Assembly (NCBI GenBank): GCA_046328115.1 | Contig: JAXLXE010000005.1 | Coordinates: forward strand, 75,597 to 139,596 | DNA from: Chloroflexota bacterium | Lineage (GTDB): Bacteria > Chloroflexota > UBA6077 > JACCZL01 | Direction: 5' to 3' | Length of the DNA stretch: 64,000 nucleotides | Made by a program: the position numbers and the translations under genes | Part shown: positions 43,202 through 52,679 of the stretch, piece by piece | Position numbering within the stretch: the stretch's first letter is position 1 | Layout of the letters: every line of letters begins with the position of its first letter | Notes under the pieces: generated by a model | What the model was told of the DNA's origin: nothing | Seen by the model: only the letters and a program-made list of their open reading frames with translations | Database searches by the model: none

Positions 43202-45604
43202 TTAGACTGGCTGGATCTCGCAGAGATACCCGCGGTGCGAAGCCGTGCCGCTGACCGGGTCGCGGTCTGTGGCTGAGACGAGCAAGTTGAAATTTGAGCC
43301 CATGGGCCCAAACGGATCGTAGCCGGGCGCGCCGGTCTCAGCACACGCCTGCCACCAGCCGTGCGGGCTCACGGCCACGCGGGGGTCTAGCCGATCGTTG
43401 AGCCGCGCACGGGCGCGCACGCTGGCTTGCGGGGTCTCTACGCGCACCCAGTCGCCATCGGCGATCCCCCGAGCCCGAGCGGCCTCCGGGTGCATGTCCA
43501 CCTCAGGATCCGGGACGTGGCGGCGGAGGCTGGGCAGGGCGTGATGCTGGGTCTGGCAGAACTGCGCGGACTTGGCGCTGGCCAGGATCAACGGGTAGCG
43601 CGCCGCGAGGTCTGGCCGCGATTCAACGCTGCTGGGCGGCGGTACGAACTCTGGCAACGGCGGGTAGCCATGATCCAGAAACGTCTCGGAATAGAGCTCC
43701 GCCTTGCGTGACGGCGTGGCGAATCCGCGGGGCGCGCCGCTGGCGTCTTGCTCGGCGTACTTGGCGTAGCGCGTCTGCAGGGGCAGGCGCACACCGCCCG
43801 GACTGGCACGTAGCTGCTCCACGGTGACCCCGCTGGGGGCAAGCTGATGGCGGTAGGCAGCGTCGATGTCGCCGCGCCAGAACTGCTCCGATAGGCCCAG
43901 GCGATCAGCCAGCCCGAAGACGATGTCCGCGTCCGGCCGAGCCTCGCCACGGGGCGCCACCACGGCCTGTCTGAGCTGGATCAGCGACTGAGCCTCCTGG
44001 CTGATCTCGAACCCAATCTTGAGTCCCTCGCGCTCAAAGGCGGAGGCAACCGGCAGCACAACGTCTGCCATCTCTGCCGTGGGGTTCATGAACAGATCCG
44101 CGTGCGCATAGAAGTCCAGCGCGGCCAGTGCCCGGCGACCGCGGACGGCGTCTGCGTGGGCCAACAGCATATTGGCACCGAAGCCAATGACCACGCGGAC
44201 GGGATAGGGCTTGCCCTCCAGGATCGCGCGGTAGAGATCCTGCGTGCCCACGGAGCCGCCGGCCGCGGGACCAAGCGGGCGCTCGGAGCGCCCCACGGTC
44301 GGGGCGGTTGGGCGTGCTGCCGGCAGGTCCTGGCCTTCGAGCGACGCCGTTGGCGGAGCCGCGAACAGGACATTGCCGCCGGGCTGGTCAAAACAGCCCG
44401 TGAGCGCATAGAGCAGCGACATGGCCCGCGCGGTCTGGGTGACGTTTGCATGGTGCTCGTGGCCGCTGTAGGCGTAGTAGGAGACGGGCCGCGAGTCCCA
44501 CAGGAGCCGCGCCGTCTCTTCCAACTGGGCCCGTGGAACCCACGTGATGGACTCCACCGTCTCCGGCGCGTATCGATCGCAGAGCCTTCGATAGAGCTCG
44601 AACGACGGGTGGCACACAACGTCGCCCTTGGCCGTAGCGACCGTGTACTCGCCCTCCAGCGCGAGGTCGGCGGTGCCGCCCTCGTACGTGCCCGTGCCCG
44701 GGTCATAGAACACGGTCCGCGCGGCAGCGCGATCCCAGGCCAGGAGCCGACCGTCCTCGGCTAATCCTAGGTCCCGGCCGGTCAGCAAGCGTCCGTTGTC
44801 GGCGCGAACCAGGTGCGGCCCGTTGCTCCACTCGCGAATGAAGTCGCGATCGTACCAGCCGCGTTCGATCATCACGTGCGCCAGGCCCAGAGCCAGCGCG
44901 CCGTCGGTGCCGGGCCGCACCCGCAGCCACACGTCCGCCTTGCTGGCAAGCCCGGCCTGGCGCGGGTCAACCACAATCAGGCGCATGCCGCGCTTGAGCC
45001 CGGCGATCGCGGCCGTTGCGTGCGAGATCCGCGTGGCGCTGGGATTGTAGCCCCACAGGACGAGGACTCCAGTACGCTCGATGTCCGGCATGCCACCGCC
45101 GCCGCTGGTGGCGAGGCTGCCCACGCCAAAGGTGAAACGGGTAGCGCCAGCGCGCCCCCACCCGCAGATGTCGTTGGTGATGCCAGAGTTCGGCGTCCCG
45201 AAGGCCCTGGCCAGGCGCCTGATGAGCGCATTCGCATCACCAACGGCCGTTGTGGAGGGCGATGACAGCGTGAAGGCGACCGCCTCGGGGCCGTGTTCGC
45301 GCGCGGCGCGCTTCATCGCGGCGGCCGTCAGGTCCAACGCCTCCTCCCAGCTTATCCGCTCCCACCCCGGATCTGAGGATCCTTTGGGACGAGTGCGCCG
45401 CAGCGGGTGGGTCAGCCGTTCGGGGTGATAGACAAGCTCGGGCGCGGCGCGGCCCTTGGCGCACAGCGCGCGCCCGGTCGGGTGCTCAGGGTCCGGATCC
45501 AGCCGGACGAGCCGGCCATCCTCCACGGCGGCGATGGCCCCGCAACGGGAGATACAGAGCGCGCAGAACGTGTGCCTACGGCGTGTGTCCGCGTTCTCAC
45601 TCAT
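43202..45604 (-). CDS. molybdopterin (bis-MGD) oxidoreductase, MopB superfamily
   Basis: ATG 45604 is preceded by GAGGGG. The N-terminal Cys cluster CALCISRCG...CAKG and the overall length and composition are typical of DMSO reductase/formate dehydrogenase-like catalytic subunits. Confidence 0.9.
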   Translation of the reverse strand: MSENADTRRRHTFCALCISRCGAIAAVEDGRLVRLDPDPEHPTGRALCAKGRAAPELVYHPERLTHPLRRTRPKGSSDPGWERISWEEALDLTAAAMKRAAREHGPEAVAFTLSSPSTTAVGDANALIRRLARAFGTPNSGITNDICGWGRAGATRFTFGVGSLATSGGGGMPDIERTGVLVLWGYNPSATRISHATAAIAGLKRGMRLIVVDPRQAGLASKADVWLRVRPGTDGALALGLAHVMIERGWYDRDFIREWSNGPHLVRADNGRLLTGRDLGLAEDGRLLAWDRAAARTVFYDPGTGTYEGGTADLALEGEYTVATAKGDVVCHPSFELYRRLCDRYAPETVESITWVPRAQLEETARLLWDSRPVSYYAYSGHEHHANVTQTARAMSLLYALTGCFDQPGGNVLFAAPPTASLEGQDLPAARPTAPTVGRSERPLGPAAGGSVGTQDLYRAILEGKPYPVRVVIGFGANMLLAHADAVRGRRALAALDFYAHADLFMNPTAEMADVVLPVASAFEREGLKIGFEISQEAQSLIQLRQAVVAPRGEARPDADIVFGLADRLGLSEQFWRGDIDAAYRHQLAPSGVTVEQLRASPGGVRLPLQTRYAKYAEQDASGAPRGFATPSRKAELYSETFLDHGYPPLPEFVPPPSSVESRPDLAARYPLILASAKSAQFCQTQHHALPSLRRHVPDPEVDMHPEAARARGIADGDWVRVETPQASVRARARLNDRLDPRVAVSPHGWWQACAETGAPGYDPFGPMGSNFNLLVSATDRDPVSGTASHRGYLCEIQPV

Positions 45605-45936
45605 GGCTAGAATCCCCTCTTGCCGGGCCCGGCAATGGCAAGGCGATGGAGCATCGCAAGCCGCGGGCATGCGCTGGTGCATCCCCTGCACACGCAACAC
45701 CGGGATTGTATGCCTGGACGGCCGCCGGCTGTGCCGGCGGCCGTCCGCGCGCAAGATCGGGATGCTGACGGCGGAGGTGAAAATTGACTACCTCGTGGTG
45801 CGCGAGCGTTCGCGCGGCACATTGAGAAAGGATCCACTCAATCCGATAGACTCGCCCAATATCTGTCGGGCGTCCGGTAGGGGGCTTCCACTTGGAGGAC
45901 ACGCGCGTCAACTGTCAAGCTAAGTGGCAGTTTCAA

Positions 45937-46026
45937 GCTCCAAAAACGACCCATTTTGGCGTATGCAGGCTCCAAATCAGACCCATTTTGGAGTGTACAG
46001 ACTCCAAATCAGACCCCTTTTTGGAG
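45937..46026. repeat. three tandem palindromic units at 32-bp spacing (operator/hairpin array)
   Basis: The units are GCTCCAAAAACGACCCATTTTGG (45937-59), GCTCCAAATCAGACCCATTTTGGAG (45969-92) and ACTCCAAATCAGACCCCTTTTTGGAG (46001-26). Each is CTCCAAA-N10/11-TTTGGAG, and the array is AT-rich relative to its surroundings. Confidence 0.75.
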
Positions 46027-46080
46027 CCCGCGATCTACAATGCGGTACGATGACGCGGGACAAACGGGTGGAGATGGGGC

Positions 46081-47496
46081 ATGCCTCGCCAGGCGCGCGC
46101 GCAGCTACTGCAGGAGGTCACCAGGGTCAACCCATGGTGGCACGCTGAGCGCTGGGATCAGAGTGATCGCCATCTGGGAGACGTGCGACGCGCACTCTTC
46201 GAGCGGCACCCGGCCACGCTGGACGATGTCCGCCCGCCGAACCTGTACACGCTGCGCGGCCCCCGGCGCGTGGGCAAGAGCACGCTACTCAAGCAGACCG
46301 TCCGGCGGCTGATCGCGGAGGGGATCGATCCGCGGCGCGTGTGCTACTTCCCGGCGGACCTGCTGGCGAGCAATACGGACATCGTGAATCTGTTCCAGGC
46401 AGCGCGGATGCTGTTTCCGGACGTGGGTGACCAGCCGCGGTACTTCCTGATTGACGAGGCCACGTCCATCCAGGACTGGCAGCTTGGGCTGAAGTGGCTG
46501 CGGGATAACACACCGGTGGGCCAGGACTGCGTGGTGATCACGGGCTCCAGCGCCCGCGACATCGCGGCGGGGACGGTGCACCTGGCGGGCAGGCGTGGGC
46601 CGGAAGCGGGGCTGGACCGGCTGCTGCTGCCACTCTCGTTCGGCGAATTCACGCGGTTCGCGGGAGTAGCGGTACCCAACCCGCCAACGCTGCCGTTCGA
46701 GGCATTCTACGCGGCGGAGGGGCGGGCAGCGTGCCAGGAGGCGCTGGTGCACCTGGGGGCGCTGGTGGATGCATTCGAGGCGTACCTCCTGGTGGGCGGA
46801 TTTCCCCAGGCGGTGGCGGACTTCCGCCGATCTGGGAGTGTCTCGCCGGGGTTCATCCGCGATCTGTGGGACGTACTGCAGTCTGATCTCATGGCGGCTG
46901 GACTGACGCAGCCGGAGCAGGGACTGCGGCTGCTGGAGCGCCTGGCGGCAAGCCTGACCGGGCCAATCGTGCTGCGGGAGCTGGCGGAAGCCCTGGGCGT
47001 GGCACATACCACGGCGGGCGCTTGGCTCAACGCCCTGGCGCAGTCCTACCTGCTGCTCCTGGTGTTCCCGGAGTCTGGCGGTAGACCAGACACCCGTCGG
47101 CAGCGGAAGGCGTATCCAGTGGATCCCCTGGTGATCCGGGTGGCATCGCATCGGCTTGCGTCAGACCGCGAGGTACCGCTGAGCCAGATGGCGGAGGCAG
47201 CGATCGGCACGGCGATCTTCCGCTCGCTGGAGGAGCACCAGACGGACCGCTTCGAACGGCCGAGCCGACTGTTCTTCTACCGGACGTCTAGCGGCGGTGA
47301 AGTGGACTTCATGGTCCAGCCTGGCCGAAGAGCGGTGGAGTCCAAGTACGTGGACTCGCCGACCACGCGGGAGAGCCGGGCCATGGTGGCGAACTTCGAC
47401 GGCGGGCTGCTGCTCACACGCGCAGCGGTGGATCTGGACCCACGGGTCACCATCATCCCCGCCTCGATCTTCTGCTGGCTGCTGCGCCAGGGTTGA
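46081..47496 (+). CDS. AAA_14 / DUF4143 family ATPase
   Basis: LRGPRRVGKSTLLKQ (Walker A), YFLIDEATSIQDW (Walker B), and a C-terminal region typical of DUF4143. Confidence 0.8.
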   Translation: MPRQARAQLLQEVTRVNPWWHAERWDQSDRHLGDVRRALFERHPATLDDVRPPNLYTLRGPRRVGKSTLLKQTVRRLIAEGIDPRRVCYFPADLLASNTDIVNLFQAARMLFPDVGDQPRYFLIDEATSIQDWQLGLKWLRDNTPVGQDCVVITGSSARDIAAGTVHLAGRRGPEAGLDRLLLPLSFGEFTRFAGVAVPNPPTLPFEAFYAAEGRAACQEALVHLGALVDAFEAYLLVGGFPQAVADFRRSGSVSPGFIRDLWDVLQSDLMAAGLTQPEQGLRLLERLAASLTGPIVLRELAEALGVAHTTAGAWLNALAQSYLLLLVFPESGGRPDTRRQRKAYPVDPLVIRVASHRLASDREVPLSQMAEAAIGTAIFRSLEEHQTDRFERPSRLFFYRTSSGGEVDFMVQPGRRAVESKYVDSPTTRESRAMVANFDGGLLLTRAAVDLDPRVTIIPASIFCWLLRQG

Positions 47497-47802
47497 TCGG
47501 CGCCACACCACTCACCCCCTCGCCTCGGCCCAACCCGCGACCCCACCCCGTCGTCTTCGCGAACGCGGAGACCCATACTTGCCAACACGCGGCGGCGCCG
47601 AATGCGCTAGATCAACTCTTCACCACATGCCGCCCGGAGTGCCGCCGCTCCCGGACGGAGTTGGTGCGGAGGTCGGGCGGGCATAGGGTCGCGCTGCGCG
47701 CGATGCCGTCGAGACGACGGCGGTCCCAGGGCCTGGCGTGTAACCCGGCGCGCTGGTCGGCCGGTATGGGTGCCCGCTTCCGCGAGCATGGCAGGTGCGG
47801 TT

Positions 47803-47828
47803 GGGCCGCCCGTTCGAACGGGCGGCCC
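47803..47828 (-). terminator. perfect 26-bp GC-rich palindrome immediately after the stop of 47835..48932
   Basis: GGGCCGCCCGTTC|GAACGGGCGGCCC lies 6 nt downstream of the stop codon. There is no U-tract. Confidence 0.45.
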
Positions 47829-47834
47829 TCGGTG

Positions 47835-48932
47835 TCAGCGGAGCACGCCGATCTTGTTACGCTCGATCAGCGGCCAGTCTATCTCGTAGCCCAACCCCGG
47901 ACCCGTCGGCGCGTGGACGTTCCCCTCGCGATCCACCTCGATGTCGTTGACCACGGCGTACTTCTGGGCCGCGTCTGGCTGGAGCACCTCGAAGTAGTCG
48001 CAGTTCGGGATGGCCATGGTGATGTGCAAGTTGGCCACGTTGTTCAGCGAGTTGCCGCCGTGGTGGATCTCGCACTTCATGCGGAACGCCTCCGCGGCGT
48101 GGGCGATCTTCACCATCGGTGTGATCCCCGCCTTCACTGCCACGTCGCCACGAAGCATGTCCGTGGCCTTCTCGGTGATCCAGGGCGTGTAGCCGTACAG
48201 GCCGCCGGGGGCGTACTCGGTGGCCAGGATCGGGATGTGGAGGCGCTGCTTGAGCTTGACGTAGTTGTAGACGTCGCTCTCCTCCAGCGGGTCCTCATAC
48301 CAGAAGTAGCCCATCTCCTGGATGGCCAGGCCCACGCGGACGGCGTCCTCGTAGCCGTACGACCACATGGAGTCCAGCATGAGCACCATGGAGTCGCCGA
48401 TGGCCTGCTTGACGGCGGCGCAGATGGCGATGTCCGCTTTGGCCTGGCCCTGGGGGTGGATCTTGTAGGCGGTCCAGCCCTTCTCGCGGAAGCTGAGCGC
48501 CTCGTCTACGTAGGCCTGGGGGTTGGGCAGCACGGCGGAAGAGGCGTACGCCGGGACCTTGTGACGGACGGTGCCCAGCAGGCGGTGGATGGGCAGGCTG
48601 GCGGCCTTGCCGGCGATGTCCCACAGCGCCACGTCGATGCTGCAGATGGATTTGGCGTCCATCTGCCGCCGCTGGGTCCACATGCGCTCCCAGATGGCGC
48701 CGATGTCCAGCGGGTCCCTGCCCATCACCATGGGCTTGAGGCGGCCGATGACCTCGTGGGCCATCTCGTCCACGCCCTTGCTGACGGTGCCCAGGAAGGA
48801 GTGGCCCTGGAGGCCCTCATCTGTGGAGACGGTGACCACGCCCATCTGGCGGGTGCCGCCGCCTGCCGTGTGGTAGGTGACCTGCGGTGCGTCCCAGCGG
48901 TGGACGGTGATCGCGACATCGGTGATCTTCAT
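47835..48932 (-). CDS. enolase-superfamily enzyme (MR/MLE family), fourth paralog in window
   Basis: MKITDVAITVHRWDAP...IDVALWDIAGK...YFWYEDP. Confidence 0.9.
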   Translation of the reverse strand: MKITDVAITVHRWDAPQVTYHTAGGGTRQMGVVTVSTDEGLQGHSFLGTVSKGVDEMAHEVIGRLKPMVMGRDPLDIGAIWERMWTQRRQMDAKSICSIDVALWDIAGKAASLPIHRLLGTVRHKVPAYASSAVLPNPQAYVDEALSFREKGWTAYKIHPQGQAKADIAICAAVKQAIGDSMVLMLDSMWSYGYEDAVRVGLAIQEMGYFWYEDPLEESDVYNYVKLKQRLHIPILATEYAPGGLYGYTPWITEKATDMLRGDVAVKAGITPMVKIAHAAEAFRMKCEIHHGGNSLNNVANLHITMAIPNCDYFEVLQPDAAQKYAVVNDIEVDREGNVHAPTGPGLGYEIDWPLIERNKIGVLR

Positions 48933-48949
48933 GGTGACCTCCGAGGGCG

Positions 48950-48978
48950 ATTCTGGTGCGCGGGCGCCGGGCTGTCAA
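48950..48978 (-). promoter_or_regulatory. sigma70-like promoter for 47835..48932
   Basis: On the minus strand, TTGACA (48978-48973), a 17-nt spacer, then CAGAAT (48955-48950), followed by GGAGG and ATG 48932. Confidence 0.4.
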
Positions 48979-49002
48979 CTGCCGGCGCCCGCACACTAGC
49001 GC

Positions 49003-52000
49003 TCAGTGCTCGGATTGAGCCACCAGGGTGAAGCCGCCAACCACGGCGCCGGCAGCGGAGTACTGGAGCAGTGCCCACTTGCCGGCCCGCGGTCGGGGCT
49101 CGATCAACGCGACGATCGGCAGCGGGCTGGTGGGGGAAAGCTCCAGGCCGCGCAGCCACACGCCCGTCCGGGCCGGGCGGAAGGCGGTGTCCAGACTGAG
49201 CCGGCTGGACAGGCCGGAGTCTTGCTGGATCAAGCGGTCGATCTCGGCGCGATGCTCGACGGAGATGGGCACGCGCCGCGCATTTGCCTGGGTGGCGATC
49301 ATCGCGGCCGGCTTCGCCAGGACCAGGCCGACGATCATGCCGGTAGGGCTGGAGTCGATGCCGAGCAAGGCGCGCTCGCCCTGGGTCCGGCCCCACAGGT
49401 TGAGTCGGACGGCCAGCGAGCGCGGCCCGCTGGCGGCCGGCGGATTGACGATGTGGAGGTTCTTGAGCGCGGCCTTCTTCTGATTGAGCACCAGCGTGGC
49501 CACGGCCACGTCCGACGCGGCAATGGAGTCGTTCTCCGCGGTGATGATGGCCAGTAGGCAGGTGTGGTCGGCCGCGTTCACGGGCACGGCCCACTCGACG
49601 CCGGCGATCTGGGATCGGCCGGGGTCGATGCGCTGGATGGTGACGGCCGGACCCACCGGCTGCCACGGCGAGCCTAGCGGCAGCACATTGGCCGGGAATC
49701 CGCTCCAGAAGCCGCTGGGGAGCGGCGGGAGGCCGAGCGACGCGTTGGCGTAGAAGCAGCGCACGGCCACCTGCATGGCTGGATTGGTGCCGCGGTTGTG
49801 CACCTGGACGAACACGCGAGACGTTCGGCCGCGCTGGGGGTTCTCATGGATCAGCCCGCTGAAGAAGACGCCGTGGTCGTCCTCGAACAGCTCAAAGTCG
49901 ATATCCGAGATGTTGGGGCGCTGGAAGCTGGGCGCGTCGACTTTGACGTCCGCGCTCTCCCACCACCAGGTCTGGCTGCCTGGCTGGAAGGGGCTGGCGA
50001 CGCCGGAGGGCGAGGGGAACGCACGGCCGGTGTCCACGGCGCTGTCGCGCAGGTACACCTCCACGCTGGGGATGGTGACCGCGTCCGCGGCGATCTCCCA
50101 GACGCCGCGGCTCTGGGTGCCGGCGCGGAGCAGGCGGGACGCGCCGTGGAACACCAGGTCCTTCACGAGCGCGTTGGGCAGGCCGTTGCTGTAGGAGGTC
50201 CAGGTGGCGCCGTTATCGGTAGAGCGGTAGACGCCAACGTCCATCCCCACGAAGACGTGGTCCGAATTGGCCGGATCCACCACCACCGCGTTGCCCGCTA
50301 TTGCAGGAAGCGCCCCGCTGACGTCGGTCCAGGCCTGGCCGCCATTCGCCGATCTGTAGACGTGGCCGCCACCGGCGATGGTGGAGATGGTGGCCCAGAC
50401 ACGGCTGGGGTTGGACGGGTCCACGGCGATGTCGCTGATGTAGGCGGCCCGCGGTGAGGCCAGCGACGTGACGGACCAGGCCCCGCCGGCCTGGTCCAGC
50501 CGGAGGACGCGACCATTTGAGGTGCCCACCAGGACGCTGGTGGGATTGGGGATGGCAAGCGCGGTGGCTAGCTGGGAGCCGGAGGGCAGTTGGACCTCCG
50601 TGAAGCTGCCGCCGGAATCCGTGGAGACGAAGACGCTCTGGCCGGCCTGGGCGACGACCGCGCCGTTGACCTCAACCGGGGGATAGAACAGCGCGTTGTA
50701 GTTCGCGGGCACGTTTGGGCCCACCCACGACCAGGTGCCCCAGGCGCCGCCGGTCGTAGAGCGCTCCATGCCCATGCCGTAGTAGGTGTGGAAACAGGTG
50801 AGTGGGCTGGCGGCGTTGAGCCCGCAGTCGCCACCATCGCCGTCCTGGACGTGGAACCAGACCTCCTCGCCCTCGTAGCGCATGGAGCCGTTGTCCTGCG
50901 TGCCGGCCAGCAAGTACGCCTCGTACTGGGGATGCTGGGCCAGGTACTCGAGCTCGGTGATACAGAGGCCCTTGTTGAGCGATCGCCAGGTGGCGCCGGC
51001 GTCCGTGGTGCGGTAGATGCCGCCATCGTTGCCCACGAAGATGACGTTTGGATCCGCCGGGCTGAAGGCGATGCAGTGCTGGTCTGGATGGATCGAGTCG
51101 CCGCCGGCGCGGGCGGAGATCCGAGACCAGGTCCAGGAGCCGGTCCCGGAGCGAAGACCCTTGTGGACGTCGATACCGCCCAGGTAGACGACGTCAGGGT
51201 TGTTGGGCGCGATGCCCAGGAACCAGTCGTACCAGGCCTGGCCGGTGCGCAGCAGCGGATCGGTGGGCTGGGTTGCGAAGCCGCCGCCGGCGGTGGCGCG
51301 GCGCCAGAGGTAGGGGCTGGGCATGGTCTCGCCGGGCTGCCCATCCGGGTTTTGGATGGGCGGCTGGGCCGCGGCGAACGCGTAGGCGACGTTGGCGTTC
51401 GAGCGGGCGTGCGCCACGGCCATACGCTCGAAGCCGGGCGGCGTTGGCAGGCCGGGGAGGGCCACGGAGGTCCAGGTGGTGCCGCCGTTGGTGGAGCGGA
51501 AGAGGCCGTCCGCACAGGCGGCCAGGACCTCGCTGACCGCGCCGACCGAGATGGAGAGGCTCCAGGTCTCGGCCGTGCGGCGCTGCGTCCAGGAGGTGCC
51601 GCCGTTGCTCGATTCGAAGATGCCCGCGGTAGTTGCCGCGAGCAGATGGTTACCGTTCGACGGATCCACCACCAGGTCGTAGAAACCGCGTCCGACGAAG
51701 GGGGCCGTGGCCACGATGGACCAGGTGGTGCCGCCATCGGTCGAGCGCAGGAGGCCGGCGCCGAACCGGTAGCCAAAGTTGCCCTCGCCGGTGCCGGCGT
51801 AAACGACGAGCGGGTTGGACGGATTGAAGGCGATGGCGCCGGTCCAGAGCGATGGCTGACCGTCCGTGCGGGGCTGCCAGGTGGTGCCGCCGTCACGCGA
51901 CTCCCAGACGCCGCCACCGGCCGCGCCGGCCAGGAGGTGGGCAGGGTTGGTGGGGTCCACCGCCAGCGCGGAGACGCGGCCGGAGACAGAGGGCCTGCTG

Positions 52001-52386
52001 CCGGCACCGGAGCCGTAGGTCTGGCCGTGGGGGATGGCGAAGGGGCCGAGCGGGCGCCAGGCGTTGGCAACGCCCACGGCGGGGCCGGCTCGGTCCAGCT
52101 CCTCCTTGCGGGCGATGGCCTCGAGGTAGGGCGAGGAGGCGCCCTCCTCGTAGCGAGTGGCGGTCGCGGCCTGGGCGTGGCTGTTGAAACTCGGCCGGGC
52201 GATGGCGGTGCGCGCGGGCGGCGGAGTTTGCTCGAGGCCGCGCTCATCCTCGAGCTGGCGGAGGCGGGCGAGCGCCTTGCCGCCGGGCGGTCGGCGGCGG
52301 ATGGCCGGGGCGGCGGGCGCGGCGAGCCCGGCGGCGGGTGAGGGCGCGGTGCGTCGCGGTGCGCGTTGATCGATCGGAGATCGCAT
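49003..52386 (-). CDS. BNR/Asp-box repeat (sialidase/sortilin-VPS10-like beta-propeller) protein with C-terminal beta-sandwich-like region
   Basis: 1127 aa with eight SxDxGxTW-type Asp-boxes (SRDGGTTW, STDGGTTW, SNGGTSW, STNGGTTW, TTDAGATW, TDSGGSF, SANGGQAW, STDNGATW). GAGGAGGA lies 5 nt before ATG 52386. No obvious signal peptide. Confidence 0.85.
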   Translation of the reverse strand: MRSPIDQRAPRRTAPSPAAGLAAPAAPAIRRRPPGGKALARLRQLEDERGLEQTPPPARTAIARPSFNSHAQAATATRYEEGASSPYLEAIARKEELDRAGPAVGVANAWRPLGPFAIPHGQTYGSGAGSRPSVSGRVSALAVDPTNPAHLLAGAAGGGVWESRDGGTTWQPRTDGQPSLWTGAIAFNPSNPLVVYAGTGEGNFGYRFGAGLLRSTDGGTTWSIVATAPFVGRGFYDLVVDPSNGNHLLAATTAGIFESSNGGTSWTQRRTAETWSLSISVGAVSEVLAACADGLFRSTNGGTTWTSVALPGLPTPPGFERMAVAHARSNANVAYAFAAAQPPIQNPDGQPGETMPSPYLWRRATAGGGFATQPTDPLLRTGQAWYDWFLGIAPNNPDVVYLGGIDVHKGLRSGTGSWTWSRISARAGGDSIHPDQHCIAFSPADPNVIFVGNDGGIYRTTDAGATWRSLNKGLCITELEYLAQHPQYEAYLLAGTQDNGSMRYEGEEVWFHVQDGDGGDCGLNAASPLTCFHTYYGMGMERSTTGGAWGTWSWVGPNVPANYNALFYPPVEVNGAVVAQAGQSVFVSTDSGGSFTEVQLPSGSQLATALAIPNPTSVLVGTSNGRVLRLDQAGGAWSVTSLASPRAAYISDIAVDPSNPSRVWATISTIAGGGHVYRSANGGQAWTDVSGALPAIAGNAVVVDPANSDHVFVGMDVGVYRSTDNGATWTSYSNGLPNALVKDLVFHGASRLLRAGTQSRGVWEIAADAVTIPSVEVYLRDSAVDTGRAFPSPSGVASPFQPGSQTWWWESADVKVDAPSFQRPNISDIDFELFEDDHGVFFSGLIHENPQRGRTSRVFVQVHNRGTNPAMQVAVRCFYANASLGLPPLPSGFWSGFPANVLPLGSPWQPVGPAVTIQRIDPGRSQIAGVEWAVPVNAADHTCLLAIITAENDSIAASDVAVATLVLNQKKAALKNLHIVNPPAASGPRSLAVRLNLWGRTQGERALLGIDSSPTGMIVGLVLAKPAAMIATQANARRVPISVEHRAEIDRLIQQDSGLSSRLSLDTAFRPARTGVWLRGLELSPTSPLPIVALIEPRPRAGKWALLQYSAAGAVVGGFTLVAQSEH

Positions 52387-52415
52387 GGGATCCTCCTCTG
52401 CGGAGCGGCCCGGGT

Positions 52416-52616
52416 CTACTGGGTGCTGGGCTGAGGCGTCGGGCGGTCCGCGTTTGAGTCGGTCTGCTCTGGCTCCGGTTGCTCTGACTCCGGCTGCTCG
52501 GTCTGCGCAGGTGCGTCCCAGCCGCGCTCCTGCTCGAGCTGGCGGCGGCGTTCGAGGGCTTTACCGCCTGGCGGGGGCGGCGGTCGGCGTCGTTCCGGCT
52601 CCCTGGGGGGGCGCAT
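52416..52616 (-). CDS. 66-aa charged small protein sharing the N-terminal motif of the downstream BNR protein
   Basis: The ATG is preceded by GGAAGGGAGG. The sequence is MRPPREPERRRPPPPPGGKALERRRQLEQERGWDAP... followed by an acidic PE/QE-rich tail. The stop lies 29 nt before the BNR gene start, and a promoter-like element is found upstream. Confidence 0.45.
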   Translation of the reverse strand: MRPPREPERRRPPPPPGGKALERRRQLEQERGWDAPAQTEQPESEQPEPEQTDSNADRPTPQPSTQ

Positions 52617-52679
52617 GACGGGCCTCCCTTCCTGGCGCGGGCCCACGCGCTGTCACGACGCGTGGCGGGCCATAGTCGC

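Noticed and set aside
45605-45760. Possible Moco riboswitch upstream of the molybdopterin oxidoreductase
   Set aside because: I could not recognise the conserved Moco RNA core by eye; only generic GC hairpins are present. It is kept as a low-interest structured-leader observation that needs an Rfam/Infernal scan.
45937-46026. CRISPR array interpretation of the 32-bp-spaced repeats (and of the 15-bp repeats at 57482-57537)
   Set aside because: There are only three units, with ~8-nt 'spacers', and the 15-bp repeats have no spacers at all. No cas genes are present. The units are palindromic and operator-like, not CRISPR repeats.
47493-49031. 512-aa ORF on the plus strand
   Set aside because: It is exactly antisense to the well-supported enolase-superfamily gene 47835..48932. 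It has an Arg/Gly/Val/Asp-rich composition with no motifs, which is the typical high-GC antisense artefact.
50568-52341. 583-aa (+) and 559-aa (-) ORFs overlapping the BNR gene
   Set aside because: These are alternative or antisense frames of 49003..52386. Their translations are Pro/Arg/Ala/Gly low-complexity, whereas the chosen frame carries eight Asp-box motifs.
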